From IMG/VR virus record IMGVR_UViG_3300005512_000003: a DNA stretch of 64,000 nt; one strand, 5' to 3'. This DNA is from a virus. Its lineage: Duplodnaviria; Caudoviricetes. The position numbers were made by a program, and so were the translations under genes. Under the pieces are notes generated by a model. That model saw only the letters and a list, made by a program, of their open reading frames with translations, did no database searches and was not told the origin of the DNA. Below, piece after piece: positions 11,117 to 21,403 of this stretch; the first letter of the stretch is position 1, and each line of letters starts with the position of its first letter.

Positions 11117-11481
11117 TGGCAGATTACGACATTAGTCTAGATAGTACATCATTAGATATCGTCTTAGATAAAGATAGTTCTCTTGTCGAAGGTGGTAGTT
11201 CATTTGATGCAACTTTATCCGAAACAGAAGTGGCAAACAAATTTACGGATCTTACCGACGTAAGCATTAATCAAAATAATCTTGATTCAACAAGGACAAA
11301 CTATGTCGTTGTTTATGATAACTCGGTTGGTGCGTTTAGGTTAGTAGATCCAGACCAAGTATTGATTGCAGCTGCATCTTCAACAGGAAATGTTGGATAC
11401 GCAGGTCTTCCTACTTCATTCATTAGTCAACTTGATCAGGATCTTGACCAGAAAATTGACCTTGATGGTGGCTCTTTTTAG
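11116..11481 (+). CDS. Hypothetical virion protein ending in DLDGGSF
   Basis: Coupled ORF with an LTDLTDV-type motif and a C-terminal DGGxF. Confidence 0.6.
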   Translation: MADYDISLDSTSLDIVLDKDSSLVEGGSSFDATLSETEVANKFTDLTDVSINQNNLDSTRTNYVVVYDNSVGAFRLVDPDQVLIAAASSTGNVGYAGLPTSFISQLDQDLDQKIDLDGGSF

Positions 11482-11541
11482 TATTATACCTTACTTCATG
11501 TTATAAAATCAATAAATACTACTAAAAGGTAAAGTATAGAA

Positions 11542-13530
11542 ATGGCATCTCCAGTTCTACAGATAAAAAGAGGTTTATTAGCAAACCTTCCTGCTTTGAG
11601 AGCAGGTGAGCCTGGTTTTGCTACCGACAGTTCAGACTTTTACATTGGTCTAACCTCACAATCAGCAAATAACAAGTTTTTTGGTTCTTCTCGATATTGG
11701 ACTAAAGAAACAACCACCGTTGGTAGTGCAGTTAATCTGGTAGAAGGAACTGACAACGGTGCAAACTATGTTGCTTTAAAATCTCCAGATGCCGTTGCGA
11801 CAAACGTTACCTATACTCTACCAGGAGCACACGGTGCTAACGGAACAGTTCTAACTCAAGACGGTAGTGGAAACCTAAGTTGGACTGCTGGGTCCGTTAA
11901 CGCAACGTTCTCTGGTATTTCGTCCTTTACAGACACAACAGATTCAACAACTACAGGAAACGGTGCCATCATCGTCTCTGGTGGTATGGGCATTGCCAAA
12001 AATGTCAACGTTGGAGCGGCATTTTCAGTTGGCGGAAATACAACATTAACTGGAATTACGACGATTGTATCCAGTGAAGATATCGCTCTTCAAGTTGAGG
12101 GTGGAGTAGATATTGATAAGAACGTTAATATTGCAGGTAGTGAATACGTTGGTGGAGACCTTTATGTTGTTGGCGTTTCAACCTTTGAAGGCACCGTAAC
12201 ATTCCAAGGCGGAACCATCAATCTTGGTGACTCTGATTCAGATGATATTAACGTTTCAGGTGAGTTTATCTCTGACCTGAAACCAAATGCCAATGATACA
12301 TTTGATATTGGTGTCAACGGAAAGGCATGGAGAAATGCTAACTTTGCTGGAGTCGGCACATTTGCATCGGGTGCCATTGCTGACGCAATCCAGATTGGAA
12401 TCACTGCTGCTGCAGAAATCGATACATCTGCTGGAGACTTAACTCTTGACTCCGCTGGTGGTCAGGTAATCATTGATGATAAGTTAAGTGTTGCTGGTAT
12501 CGCAACTCTGACCTCTGGTGCAATATCTAACAATATTCAGATTGGTATTTCATCTGCTGGAGAGATTGATACTTCAAGTGGAGATCTGATTCTTGACTCT
12601 GCAGGTGGAGACGTATTTGTTGAAGATAATCTTCACGTTACTGGAACTCTGAATGCATCAGGTGCAATCACTCAAGCATCTGGTGAAGCAACCTTTGCTT
12701 CTGCAACAGTAAGTGATTTAACTGCTGAAAGAGTTGTTCTTGCAGGAACCTCTGGTGCATTAGAAGATAGTGCAAACCTCGTATACAGTGCTGGTGGATT
12801 AAGAGTTGGTGCAGGTGGCATTAATGTCACTGGTGTTTCAACATTCTCTGCAGCGGTTGTTGTTGGTGGTGACCTGAGAGTTAATGGTAATGACCTTCAG
12901 GCATCTGATGGAAATACCAACATCACGATGACCTCTAATACTTTGACCACCGTTGCTGGTGATCTCAAAGTTGGTGGTAATGACATTCAGGCATCGGATG
13001 GAAATAATAACATCACGATGACCTCCAACACGTTAACTGCTTTCGCAGGTGACATTCAAGTTGGTGGTAACGACATTAAAGCAAGTAATGGTACAACTGC
13101 GATTACTGTTACCACTGATGGTGGTGCTAGTGTTGCACAAAACCTGACTGTTACTGGAAACCTCTTTGTTAACGGTTCAACAACTCAGGTTAATACAACT
13201 TCTCTGACAGTCGAAGACTCTCTGATTGAAGTTGGAATGGTTGATGGCAGTGCTCCTGGTTCAGATCTTAACAAGGATCTTGGTTTACTTCTGAACTACT
13301 ACAGCGGTTCCGCTAAGAAAGCAGCAGTTTATTGGGATGATTCAGTCAGCAGAATCGTAGTTGCTTCAGATGTTTCAGAATCATCAAGTGTTCTGACTGC
13401 TACTACGTATGCAGCATTTGAGATCGGTTCACTCTATGTGAACGACTGCTCTGGAGGATCTCAAGTTATTTCATGTACTGGTGATACAAGAAACTTAGAA
13501 AATATCACAATAGATGCTGGATCGTTCTAA
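11542..13530 (+). CDS. Tail-fibre-like protein with Mtd-N-like N-terminus and internal repeats
   Basis: LQIKRG...L.AGEPGFATD N-terminus, Gly/Thr/Ser-rich beta repeats, GNL.VNG.TTQVNT..L.VED.LIE motif. Confidence 0.7.
   Translation: MASPVLQIKRGLLANLPALRAGEPGFATDSSDFYIGLTSQSANNKFFGSSRYWTKETTTVGSAVNLVEGTDNGANYVALKSPDAVATNVTYTLPGAHGANGTVLTQDGSGNLSWTAGSVNATFSGISSFTDTTDSTTTGNGAIIVSGGMGIAKNVNVGAAFSVGGNTTLTGITTIVSSEDIALQVEGGVDIDKNVNIAGSEYVGGDLYVVGVSTFEGTVTFQGGTINLGDSDSDDINVSGEFISDLKPNANDTFDIGVNGKAWRNANFAGVGTFASGAIADAIQIGITAAAEIDTSAGDLTLDSAGGQVIIDDKLSVAGIATLTSGAISNNIQIGISSAGEIDTSSGDLILDSAGGDVFVEDNLHVTGTLNASGAITQASGEATFASATVSDLTAERVVLAGTSGALEDSANLVYSAGGLRVGAGGINVTGVSTFSAAVVVGGDLRVNGNDLQASDGNTNITMTSNTLTTVAGDLKVGGNDIQASDGNNNITMTSNTLTAFAGDIQVGGNDIKASNGTTAITVTTDGGASVAQNLTVTGNLFVNGSTTQVNTTSLTVEDSLIEVGMVDGSAPGSDLNKDLGLLLNYYSGSAKKAAVYWDDSVSRIVVASDVSESSSVLTATTYAAFEIGSLYVNDCSGGSQVISCTGDTRNLENITIDAGSF
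12868..13090 (+). repeat. About 2.5 tandem 90-bp (30-aa) repeats inside the fibre gene
   Basis: GDL(R/K)V.GND(L/I)QASDGN.NITMTSNTLT..A repeated. Confidence 0.85.
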
Positions 13531-13550
13531 TCCAACTAAAATCTAAATAT

Positions 13551-13576
13551 AAGGGTGGAGAAATCCACCCTTTTTT
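13551..13576 (+). terminator. Intrinsic terminator
   Basis: AAGGGTGGA-GAAA-TCCACCCTT followed by a T run. Confidence 0.8.
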
Positions 13577-13590
13577 ATTAGGTATATGAA

Positions 13591-13797
13591 ATGAATGAAC
13601 AAGATCTTCAGTATTTACTAAAAGCATATCAAGATAAAACATTTGATTTGACTACACAATCTGTTGCTCTTCAGGCAAAAATAAACAAGTTAACTGATGT
13701 AAATGCAGAACTTGGCAAACGAGTTCAAGAGCAGCAAGAGGAGATCAAAAAACTAGAGACAAGATTATCTCGGAGAAAATCAAATGAAACCTCTTAA
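13591..13797 (+). CDS. Small coiled-coil hypothetical protein
   Basis: 68-aa ORF with heptad pattern, downstream of the fibre gene. Confidence 0.6.
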   Translation: MNEQDLQYLLKAYQDKTFDLTTQSVALQAKINKLTDVNAELGKRVQEQQEEIKKLETRLSRRKSNETS

Positions 13798-14353
13798 AAT
13801 TGTTGCTATTGGTGTAGGTGGACTGATTGGAGTTGCTCACATAGGACTCATCGGTTATGTTTTGAAACCACAAGCATCGGTACAGCAACCACCAACATTC
13901 AACCTTCCTCGTGGTCCATATTCATCCTACAAAATTAAAGCAGGAAAGGATGGATATGAGATTGAGTATCGTGCTAATGATCCTAAGATTCTTGAGTCAG
14001 AAAGATCTTTGGAACTTGATAAAGAAAAGAAAGGATTGTTTGGTGGTGGAACTGAAAAGAGAACTGAGTATCGTCGTGACCAATACACCATGGACGGAAC
14101 ACGTAACATGGGAGGAGGTGCGACTACAGAAGAGGGAAAGTCTGCGAAAGACGTAGAGTGCATCGTGGCGGACGCTGGAGCACGGTCACAAGGTGCAATG
14201 GCAGGTAGTGCTATCGCTGCTGGTGTCGCTGTTCCTGCGCTCTCTAGCATCCCTTACGTTGGATGGTTAGCAGGTGGTTGGGCATTGCTACTGGGTCAGC
14301 AAGCAGGATCTGCGATTGGTTCTGAAGTTGGATCGGCATTTAACGACTGCTAA
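13784..14353 (+). CDS. Membrane-associated hypothetical protein with glycine-zipper C-terminus
   Basis: N-terminal hydrophobic helix; GxxxG-rich C-terminus bracketed by two Cys. Confidence 0.65.
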   Translation: MKPLKIVAIGVGGLIGVAHIGLIGYVLKPQASVQQPPTFNLPRGPYSSYKIKAGKDGYEIEYRANDPKILESERSLELDKEKKGLFGGGTEKRTEYRRDQYTMDGTRNMGGGATTEEGKSAKDVECIVADAGARSQGAMAGSAIAAGVAVPALSSIPYVGWLAGGWALLLGQQAGSAIGSEVGSAFNDC

Positions 14354-14380
14354 ATAAAGAATATGTCTCATTTATAGACA

Positions 14381-16024
14381 ATGAAGTGCAAACCAGGATA
14401 TTATTATTGTCATACTGACGAAAAGTGCAAACCAATTTCAAAGGGTATGAAAATGACCGCTAGATTTAGCGGCAATGGAAAAGAACCCACTGAAGTTGCT
14501 AATGGCACTCCAGTTGAAAATGGTGAAACATCCAATGGTAATGGTGGAAACGGAATGTCTGAAGAAACCAAAAAAGATCATGAATACTCTATGGCACGTT
14601 CAGAACTGAAGACGGTTATGAACGCTGCAAAACGCCTCAATAAAAAGATGGGTAAAAAAGGAGAGGGCGAACTTAAAGCATGGGTTCAATCAAAGATTAC
14701 CAAAGCAGCAGACTACATTGATACTGCAGCAGACTATGTAACAAATGAAGAGACTGTCAGTGAAGAAGGGTTGCGTGATTGGTTTGGTAAGTCCAAATCA
14801 AAAGACGGAAAATCTGGTTGGGTCAATGTTGTAACAGGCGGAACCTGTGCAAGTGATGAACCTGGAGAGGGAACTCCCAAGTGTGTTTCTTCTGCAAAAA
14901 GAGCAAGTATGACTAAAGCAGAGAGACTATCTGCTCAAAGAAGAAAGAAGAAAGCAGATCCTGGTCAGCAGCAAAAAACAGGTGCTGCTAAACCAACATA
15001 TGTTTCTACAGATCCCAAAAAGAAAATGAAAAAAGAAGAAGTAGAAGTAACAGAAGCAAAGGATAAGAAAGGTAAGGGTAGTGGCAAGAAAGATGCTTGC
15101 TATCATAAGGTCAAGTCACGTTATAGTGTCTGGCCTTCTGCATATGCATCAGGTGCTTTAGTTAAGTGCCGTAAAAAAGGTGCTGCTAACTGGGGCAATA
15201 AGTCAGAAGAAACTCAAATGTGTGCTCATACCAAGAAAGGTAAGGATTGCCCAATCCACGGCCAAGAGATGTGTCCAGACAAACCAATGGACGAAGCGAA
15301 AAAGTGTTGGCCTGGTTATGAGAAGAAAGGCACCAAGATGATGTTTGGTAAGCGTTATAATAACTGCGTTAAGAAAGAAGAGTATTCTGATTGGAGGTCA
15401 GAACTCGCAGAAAGAAACATCGAACTTACTGATGCATATGGTAATTCATTTGCAACAATCGTTGATGTTGTAAAACCAGAACCTCTCAAGGCAACAAAGC
15501 AAACTGTTGAGTGGGAACTCTTAGATGATCTGGAAGCAATCACATCTTCAGAAGTTGTACCAGTTGAAGAAGCAGTTCGTATTCCTGCAAAGACGGGCAA
15601 TATCATTCTGGTAACTCTCTCTTGGAGAGGGAAGTTCTATATGATCAAGATGTTCTTCCCCCAGATCTCTAAACCAAGCAGAAGTGATGTTCAACTGCAG
15701 ATTGATAAGGTTTATCCTGGTGCAAGAGTCAACTCTTACTACATATCTGAAGTAAAACCAGGCGAGCAGTTCTTACAAACTGAAGACTGGCAGAAAAAGT
15801 CTGGTAAGAATCCTGAAGGCGGACTAAATGAAAAGGGTAGAAAGTCTTATGAAAGACAAAACCCAGGAAGTGATCTCAAGAGACCTTCAAAGGAGGTTGG
15901 TAATAAGAGACGTGCATCATTCTGTGCAAGAATGAAAGGCATGAAGAAAAAACTGACTTCTGCAAAGACTGCTAACGATCCCGATAGCAGAATCAATAAG
16001 TCCCTTAGAGCGTGGAACTGCTGA
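14381..16024 (+). CDS. Modular Lys-rich conserved protein, probable head-internal protein
   Basis: Modules CKPGYYYC, WVQSKITKAADY, EGLRDWF, WPSAYASG, KKCWPGY and GGLNEKGRKSY, separated by x-x-E sites. Confidence 0.7.
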   Translation: MKCKPGYYYCHTDEKCKPISKGMKMTARFSGNGKEPTEVANGTPVENGETSNGNGGNGMSEETKKDHEYSMARSELKTVMNAAKRLNKKMGKKGEGELKAWVQSKITKAADYIDTAADYVTNEETVSEEGLRDWFGKSKSKDGKSGWVNVVTGGTCASDEPGEGTPKCVSSAKRASMTKAERLSAQRRKKKADPGQQQKTGAAKPTYVSTDPKKKMKKEEVEVTEAKDKKGKGSGKKDACYHKVKSRYSVWPSAYASGALVKCRKKGAANWGNKSEETQMCAHTKKGKDCPIHGQEMCPDKPMDEAKKCWPGYEKKGTKMMFGKRYNNCVKKEEYSDWRSELAERNIELTDAYGNSFATIVDVVKPEPLKATKQTVEWELLDDLEAITSSEVVPVEEAVRIPAKTGNIILVTLSWRGKFYMIKMFFPQISKPSRSDVQLQIDKVYPGARVNSYYISEVKPGEQFLQTEDWQKKSGKNPEGGLNEKGRKSYERQNPGSDLKRPSKEVGNKRRASFCARMKGMKKKLTSAKTANDPDSRINKSLRAWNC

Positions 16025-16025
16025 T

Positions 16026-16331
16026 ATGAAAAGTTTTAAACAGTTTATATCAGAAAGCATCACCATTAATGGTGATTTTAACGGAACCCTAAATGTAGGT
16101 GGTTCCGAACCAGAGCAAGCACAAGAGTCATTCTTTGCTGATATAGTTTGGGAGGGTAAGTTATACCGTCTTGAAATTGAAGGTCAGATGATGCAAAAGA
16201 ATGAAATAGCAGAGCAAATTCAAGACGAATACCCAGGTGCAATTGTTCATAATGTTTATCCTGGAGAAGCGCCATCAAGAATTAAAAGTGCAAAAAAATA
16301 TCAACCAGAAAGACTAAGTTGGAGTGACTGA
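16026..16331 (+). CDS. Hypothetical protein with T4 internal-protein-type N-terminus (MKSFKQFISE)
   Basis: N-terminus resembles the T4 capsid-targeting sequence. The C-terminal WEGK.Y.L...YPGA.V module resembles a module in the upstream ORF. Confidence 0.65.
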   Translation: MKSFKQFISESITINGDFNGTLNVGGSEPEQAQESFFADIVWEGKLYRLEIEGQMMQKNEIAEQIQDEYPGAIVHNVYPGEAPSRIKSAKKYQPERLSWSD

Positions 16332-16333
16332 TT

Positions 16334-17170
16334 ATGGCTCAGTGGAATAAAATAAATCAAGACTATCTTAACCAAGAGAGGAGTCTTTTTGAAGTTTTTA
16401 TATGTGCGGACCAGTTTGGTAATATTGGTGCTTGTGGAGGCAACACTCAGTTTGAACTGAATGTCTCTGCTGGTATTATGACTGAGATGGCAAACGTTCA
16501 TAAGTTTGGCGCGGTTGTTTCAACAGCAGCAACTTATGATACAGTTTGGTCTGAAGGTGGTGCTTATGAGTTTCCTGCAGGTGCTGGAACAATAACTGTA
16601 GTTTCAACAAGTACTCAAGATAGTTCAGTTGGAACTGGAGCATCTTCAATCACAGTTCAAGGTCTTGACGGGGACTACAATGAAGTGCAAGAAACTCTTT
16701 CTCTCAATGGAACAACTGATGTTACAGGAACTGTCAGTTTCTTAAGAACTCATAGGGCATTTATTGATAGTGGAAATACAAACGCAGGAGATATCACTGT
16801 TTCTATTGGTAGTACTGTGCATTGTGCTATAGCGGCAGATATGGGACAGTCTCAGGTTTCTTTTTATACAGTGCCTGCGGGAAAATCTGCATTCTTAAAA
16901 CAGTTCACAGCAACTCAAAATAAAAATCAAGAAAATGCTGTTAGAATGTTCCAAAGGCAATATCAAGAAGGAACAACAAAACCTTTTCGTTTAGTAACAG
17001 AACTAAATTTATATGGAAGTAACTTTATTAAACCATATAGTTATCCAATATTTTTTCCAGAAAAAACTGACATTGAAGTGAGGGCGTACACTGGAAGTAA
17101 CTGTTCGGTTTCTTGTACGTTTGATCTTTTAGTTGCCGATAGTGCTTCTATTGGCATTGGAACAACCTGA
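16334..17170 (+). CDS. Hypothetical, probably virion, protein
   Basis: Beta-rich 278-aa ORF (VHKFG, GA..ITV.GLD.DY, YTVPAGK) in the late operon. Confidence 0.6.
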   Translation: MAQWNKINQDYLNQERSLFEVFICADQFGNIGACGGNTQFELNVSAGIMTEMANVHKFGAVVSTAATYDTVWSEGGAYEFPAGAGTITVVSTSTQDSSVGTGASSITVQGLDGDYNEVQETLSLNGTTDVTGTVSFLRTHRAFIDSGNTNAGDITVSIGSTVHCAIAADMGQSQVSFYTVPAGKSAFLKQFTATQNKNQENAVRMFQRQYQEGTTKPFRLVTELNLYGSNFIKPYSYPIFFPEKTDIEVRAYTGSNCSVSCTFDLLVADSASIGIGTT

Positions 17171-17181
17171 TAGGAGTTTTT

Positions 17182-18831
17182 ATGCCTGATAATGGACTTT
17201 ACCTTGGAAACCCGAATCTAAAAAAAGCAAACACAGCGATTGAGTTCACGGAAGAACAAATCGTTGAGTTTGTTAAATGTAAGCAAGACCCTGTATACTT
17301 TGCACAAAAGTATGTCAAGATTGTGACTCTTGACCATGGATTGCAACCATTCAAAATGTATCCTTTTCAGGAGAAGTTGATTCGTAACTTCCATGATCAC
17401 AGATTTAATATCTGTAAAATGCCAAGACAGACTGGTAAGTCTACAACTTGTGTATCATATTTACTTCACTATGCTGTGTTTAATGATAATATTAACATTG
17501 CTATCCTAGCAAACAAAGCATCAACTGCAAGAGATCTTCTCGGTAGGCTACAACTTGCTTATGAGAACTTGCCTAAGTGGATGCAGCAGGGTATCTTATC
17601 ATGGAATAAAGGTTCTTTGGAGTTGGAAAATGGCAGTAAGATATTGGCAGCTTCTACATCTGCGAGTGCTGTCCGAGGTGGTTCCTATAATGTCATCTTC
17701 CTCGACGAGTTCGCGTTTATTCCAAACCATATCGCAGACCAATTCTTTGCATCTGTTTATCCTACTATTTCTTCTGGTAAAAGCACAAAAGTCATCATAG
17801 TCTCAACGCCACATGGTATGAATCATTTCTACCGTATGTGGCATGATGCGGAGAAAGGATCAAATGAATATGTTCCGACTGATGTTCACTGGTCAGAAGT
17901 TCCTGGAAGAGATGCTGAATGGAAACGTCAGACTATTGCTAACACATCAGAACAGCAGTTCAAAGTTGAGTTTGAGTGTGAGTTCCTAGGATCTGTTGAT
18001 ACATTGATCGCTCCTAGTAAGTTGCGTTCTATGATCTATGAAGATCCAAAAACTAGAAATGCTGGTCTAGACGTTTATTTTGACCCAGAAAGAGATCACG
18101 ATTATGTTGTAACTGTTGACGTTGCCAGAGGTGTTGGTGGCGACTATTCTGCATTTGTCGTTGTAGATATCACGAACTTTCCACATAAGTTAGTAGCAAA
18201 ATATAGAAATAATGAGATAAAACCAATGCTCTTCCCCAATGTAATCTGGGAAGTAGCAAAATCATATAACGGTGCCTTTGTATTATGTGAGGTAAATGAT
18301 GTTGGAGATCAGGTAGCATCTATTTTGAACTATGATCTTGAATATCAGAATCTGCTGATGTGTTCTATGAGAGGGCGTGCTGGTCAGATTGTTGGTCAAG
18401 GATTCTCTGGCAAGAAAACACAACTTGGCGTCAAGATGTCCAAGACTGTCAAGAAAGTCGGTTCTCTAAACCTCAAGGCGATTATTGAAGAAGATAAGTT
18501 GTTGATGAAAGACTATGAAGTTCTTTCAGAGTTGACTACCTTTATTCAAAAGAATAATTCATTTGAAGCAGAGGAAGGGTGTAATGATGACCTTGCTATG
18601 TGCTTGGTGATCTATGCTTGGTTGGTGCAGCAAGATTACTTTAAAGAACTTACTGATCAGGATGTAAGAAAGAGATTGTATGAAGAGCAGAGAGATCAGA
18701 TTGAGCAAGATATGGCACCATTTGGATTTATTTCTGATGGTCTAGATAGTGATAGTTTCGTTGATGGTGATGGCGATAGATGGTTTACTGACGAATATGG
18801 TGATAGATCATATATGTGGGAGTATATGTAA
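17182..18831 (+). CDS. g17: Terminase large subunit gp17
   Basis: YLGNPNLKK, PRQTGKST (Walker A), IFLDEFAF (Walker B), VDVARG and DDLAM nuclease motifs. Confidence 0.98.
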   Translation: MPDNGLYLGNPNLKKANTAIEFTEEQIVEFVKCKQDPVYFAQKYVKIVTLDHGLQPFKMYPFQEKLIRNFHDHRFNICKMPRQTGKSTTCVSYLLHYAVFNDNINIAILANKASTARDLLGRLQLAYENLPKWMQQGILSWNKGSLELENGSKILAASTSASAVRGGSYNVIFLDEFAFIPNHIADQFFASVYPTISSGKSTKVIIVSTPHGMNHFYRMWHDAEKGSNEYVPTDVHWSEVPGRDAEWKRQTIANTSEQQFKVEFECEFLGSVDTLIAPSKLRSMIYEDPKTRNAGLDVYFDPERDHDYVVTVDVARGVGGDYSAFVVVDITNFPHKLVAKYRNNEIKPMLFPNVIWEVAKSYNGAFVLCEVNDVGDQVASILNYDLEYQNLLMCSMRGRAGQIVGQGFSGKKTQLGVKMSKTVKKVGSLNLKAIIEEDKLLMKDYEVLSELTTFIQKNNSFEAEEGCNDDLAMCLVIYAWLVQQDYFKELTDQDVRKRLYEEQRDQIEQDMAPFGFISDGLDSDSFVDGDGDRWFTDEYGDRSYMWEYM

Positions 18832-19065
18832 ATGATGCTTGATGATGACCTAGACGGTCAAATAAAACTAGGTCATCTCCTTCTTAGTGATAGGAAGTGT
18901 AGAACTTGTGGTCAAACTAAGAACCTAATAGAATCTTTTTATAGAACAAGAAAAGATAGGGGTGCAGTTGCCTCTTCATATTCTTATGAGTGTAAGGAAT
19001 GCACCATAAAAAGAGTTAGCAAGAAGAGAGATGAGAAGGTGGTTGATGTATACCCAGACTGGTAG
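18832..19065 (+). CDS. Small zinc-finger protein
   Basis: CRTC...ECKEC, located between g17 and g18. Confidence 0.65.
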   Translation: MMLDDDLDGQIKLGHLLLSDRKCRTCGQTKNLIESFYRTRKDRGAVASSYSYECKECTIKRVSKKRDEKVVDVYPDW

Positions 19066-19141
19066 TTCGCGTCGTGTTTCCCCGTTTAAACTTTAGATTT
19101 TACTAAATATTTTTTAGATAATCTGAATCCTGGAGACAATC

Positions 19142-21367
19142 ATGGCAACTCCTCAATTATCCCCTGGAGTACTTACGAGGGAAGTTGACTTAACCGTAGG
19201 AAGAGCGGATAATGTTCTTGACAACATTGGCGCTATTGCTGGTCCTTTCCCACAAGGTCCAGTTGAAGAGGTTACTGATATTACAACAGAAGCAGAGCTG
19301 ATCAAGTATTTTGGTAAGCCTCTGTCCACCGACGCACAGTATGAGTACTGGATGTCTGCATCTTCGTTCCTCTCATACGGCGGAGTTCTGAAAGTTGTAA
19401 GAGCAAACGATACAAGCCTCAACTCAGCAAACGCTGGTGTAGGTATCGCTTCTACGAGCGTTAATATCAAGAATACTACTGATTATGAAGTCAACTTTGA
19501 TGATGACAGCGTACAGTTCTTTGTTGCTGCTAAGAACCCTGGTTCATGGGCAGATTCACTGAAAATTTGTCAGATTGACGACTTTGCAGACCAAAGACTG
19601 TTCTTTAACAGCACAGACCTCAGCGGTATCGGAATGACCGTTGGTTATGCGGTTACTGCAAACATTGCAAGTGGTACAGCACTGATCGGTGTTGGTACAA
19701 CCTCAGCATCAAATGCAATCCTGAAGGGCGTTATTGTTGGTGTCAACACCAACTCATCAGATGGTTCTAAGTCAAGTGTTGACATTAGAGTTACAGAAAG
19801 AATCCTTGCTGTTGGTGGCGGAACAACTTACCAATCTATCACTTATGCAGAAGGAGATCCTACCAGAGCATTTGCTTTGACTGGAGCAGGTAAGAGCGTA
19901 ACAATCAATGTTACTAACACTGGTGGTACAGCAGTTGCAATCCAAACCGCAACAGTTCTGCAAGACTGGTATGATCAGCAAACACTTGGTCTTACAAACA
20001 GCACTATCTTCTGGAAGTCACTGGCACCAAAACCAGTTTCAAACCAATACGTAACTGATCGCGATGGTGTTAACGACGGTATCCACATTGCTGTTGTTGA
20101 TGACCTTGGCGAAGTAACAGGAGTTACCGCTAACATCCTTGAGACGCACCTGAATCTCTCCAAAGCATCTGATGCTGTAAGAGATCAGCAGTTGATCTAC
20201 TATAAGGAATACATCAAAGATCATTCCGACTACATTTTCTACGGACGTAACCAGTCATCTGCTTTCGTTGAAGCAGTTGGATCTGATGTTCCCGCAATCT
20301 ATCCAACTCACTCTGGATTCACGACTGCAGGAACCTACACTGGAGTATCACTCGCAGATGGTAACTGGGGTCTTCCCGCTCAAGACACCATATACACTGT
20401 CGTTGGTAACAAGACCTTCAGACTGATTGGTGGTGTTGATTACAGTGCTACTGGCGGAATGACTGCAGATCTTGGTAGTCTGACCACTAGTTACGAACTC
20501 TTCAATGATACCGAAGGTGTTCCCCTTGATTATCTGATCATGGGTCCTGGTCTGACCAAGAAGTCTGAGTCACAGGCAAAAGCAAACTACCTGATTGGTA
20601 TTGCTAATCAGAGAAAGGATTGCATGGCAGTTATTTCTCCACACAGATCTGACGTTGTTAACGTCACTAACTCTAATACTGCAACTGATAACGTTATTTC
20701 GTTCTACAGTCCTCTGTCATCCTCTTCATATGCAGTGTTTGATTCTGGTTATAAGTACACTTATGATCGTTTCAACAACAAGTTCCGTTATATTCCAACC
20801 AACGGTGACGTTGCTGGTCTGATGGTCCGCACTGCGATTAACGCATATCCTTGGTTCTCACCTGCAGGTCAACAGCGTGGTATTATCAACAACGCTATCA
20901 AACTTGCATACAGCCCAACTAAGGCACAAAGAGATCGCCTCTATCCTAAGCGCATTAACGCAATCGTTAATGAACCAGGCACTGGCATTCTCCTCTTCGG
21001 TGATAAGACTGCTCTCGGATTTGCATCTGCATTCGACAGAATCAACGTTCGCCGCTTGTTCCTGACGATTGAGCAATCACTCCAGAATGCTGCTAAAGCA
21101 CAACTGTTTGAACTGAACGACGATCTAACAAGAGCAAACTTCGTCAACATTGTTGCACCTTACCTGCGTGATGTTCAGGCAAAGAGAGGTATCTATGACT
21201 TCTTGGTTGTTTGTGACGAAACAAACAATACACCTGATATTATTGATAATAATGAGTTCAGAGCGGACATTTATCTGAAGCCCGCTAAGTCGATTAACTA
21301 TGTAACTCTCACGTTCGTTGCTACCCGCACGGGTGTCAGCTTCGATGAAGTTGCTGGTCGTTCTTAA
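19142..21367 (+). CDS. g18: Tail sheath protein gp18
   Basis: LSPGV..REVDLT, PWFSPAG, FDRINVRRLF, KPAKSINYV.L.F. Confidence 0.98.
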   Translation: MATPQLSPGVLTREVDLTVGRADNVLDNIGAIAGPFPQGPVEEVTDITTEAELIKYFGKPLSTDAQYEYWMSASSFLSYGGVLKVVRANDTSLNSANAGVGIASTSVNIKNTTDYEVNFDDDSVQFFVAAKNPGSWADSLKICQIDDFADQRLFFNSTDLSGIGMTVGYAVTANIASGTALIGVGTTSASNAILKGVIVGVNTNSSDGSKSSVDIRVTERILAVGGGTTYQSITYAEGDPTRAFALTGAGKSVTINVTNTGGTAVAIQTATVLQDWYDQQTLGLTNSTIFWKSLAPKPVSNQYVTDRDGVNDGIHIAVVDDLGEVTGVTANILETHLNLSKASDAVRDQQLIYYKEYIKDHSDYIFYGRNQSSAFVEAVGSDVPAIYPTHSGFTTAGTYTGVSLADGNWGLPAQDTIYTVVGNKTFRLIGGVDYSATGGMTADLGSLTTSYELFNDTEGVPLDYLIMGPGLTKKSESQAKANYLIGIANQRKDCMAVISPHRSDVVNVTNSNTATDNVISFYSPLSSSSYAVFDSGYKYTYDRFNNKFRYIPTNGDVAGLMVRTAINAYPWFSPAGQQRGIINNAIKLAYSPTKAQRDRLYPKRINAIVNEPGTGILLFGDKTALGFASAFDRINVRRLFLTIEQSLQNAAKAQLFELNDDLTRANFVNIVAPYLRDVQAKRGIYDFLVVCDETNNTPDIIDNNEFRADIYLKPAKSINYVTLTFVATRTGVSFDEVAGRS

Positions 21368-21403
21368 TCATTGAATAAATCAACTTAACGGAGAACAAGT
21401 CAA

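Noticed and set aside
12380-13090. CRISPR-like or DGR-like repeats
   Set aside because: In-frame degenerate protein repeats without spacers; no cas or reverse transcriptase gene in the window.
18832-19065. Homing endonuclease after g17
   Set aside because: Only a zinc-finger segment of 77 aa, with no catalytic HNH or EndoVII motif.
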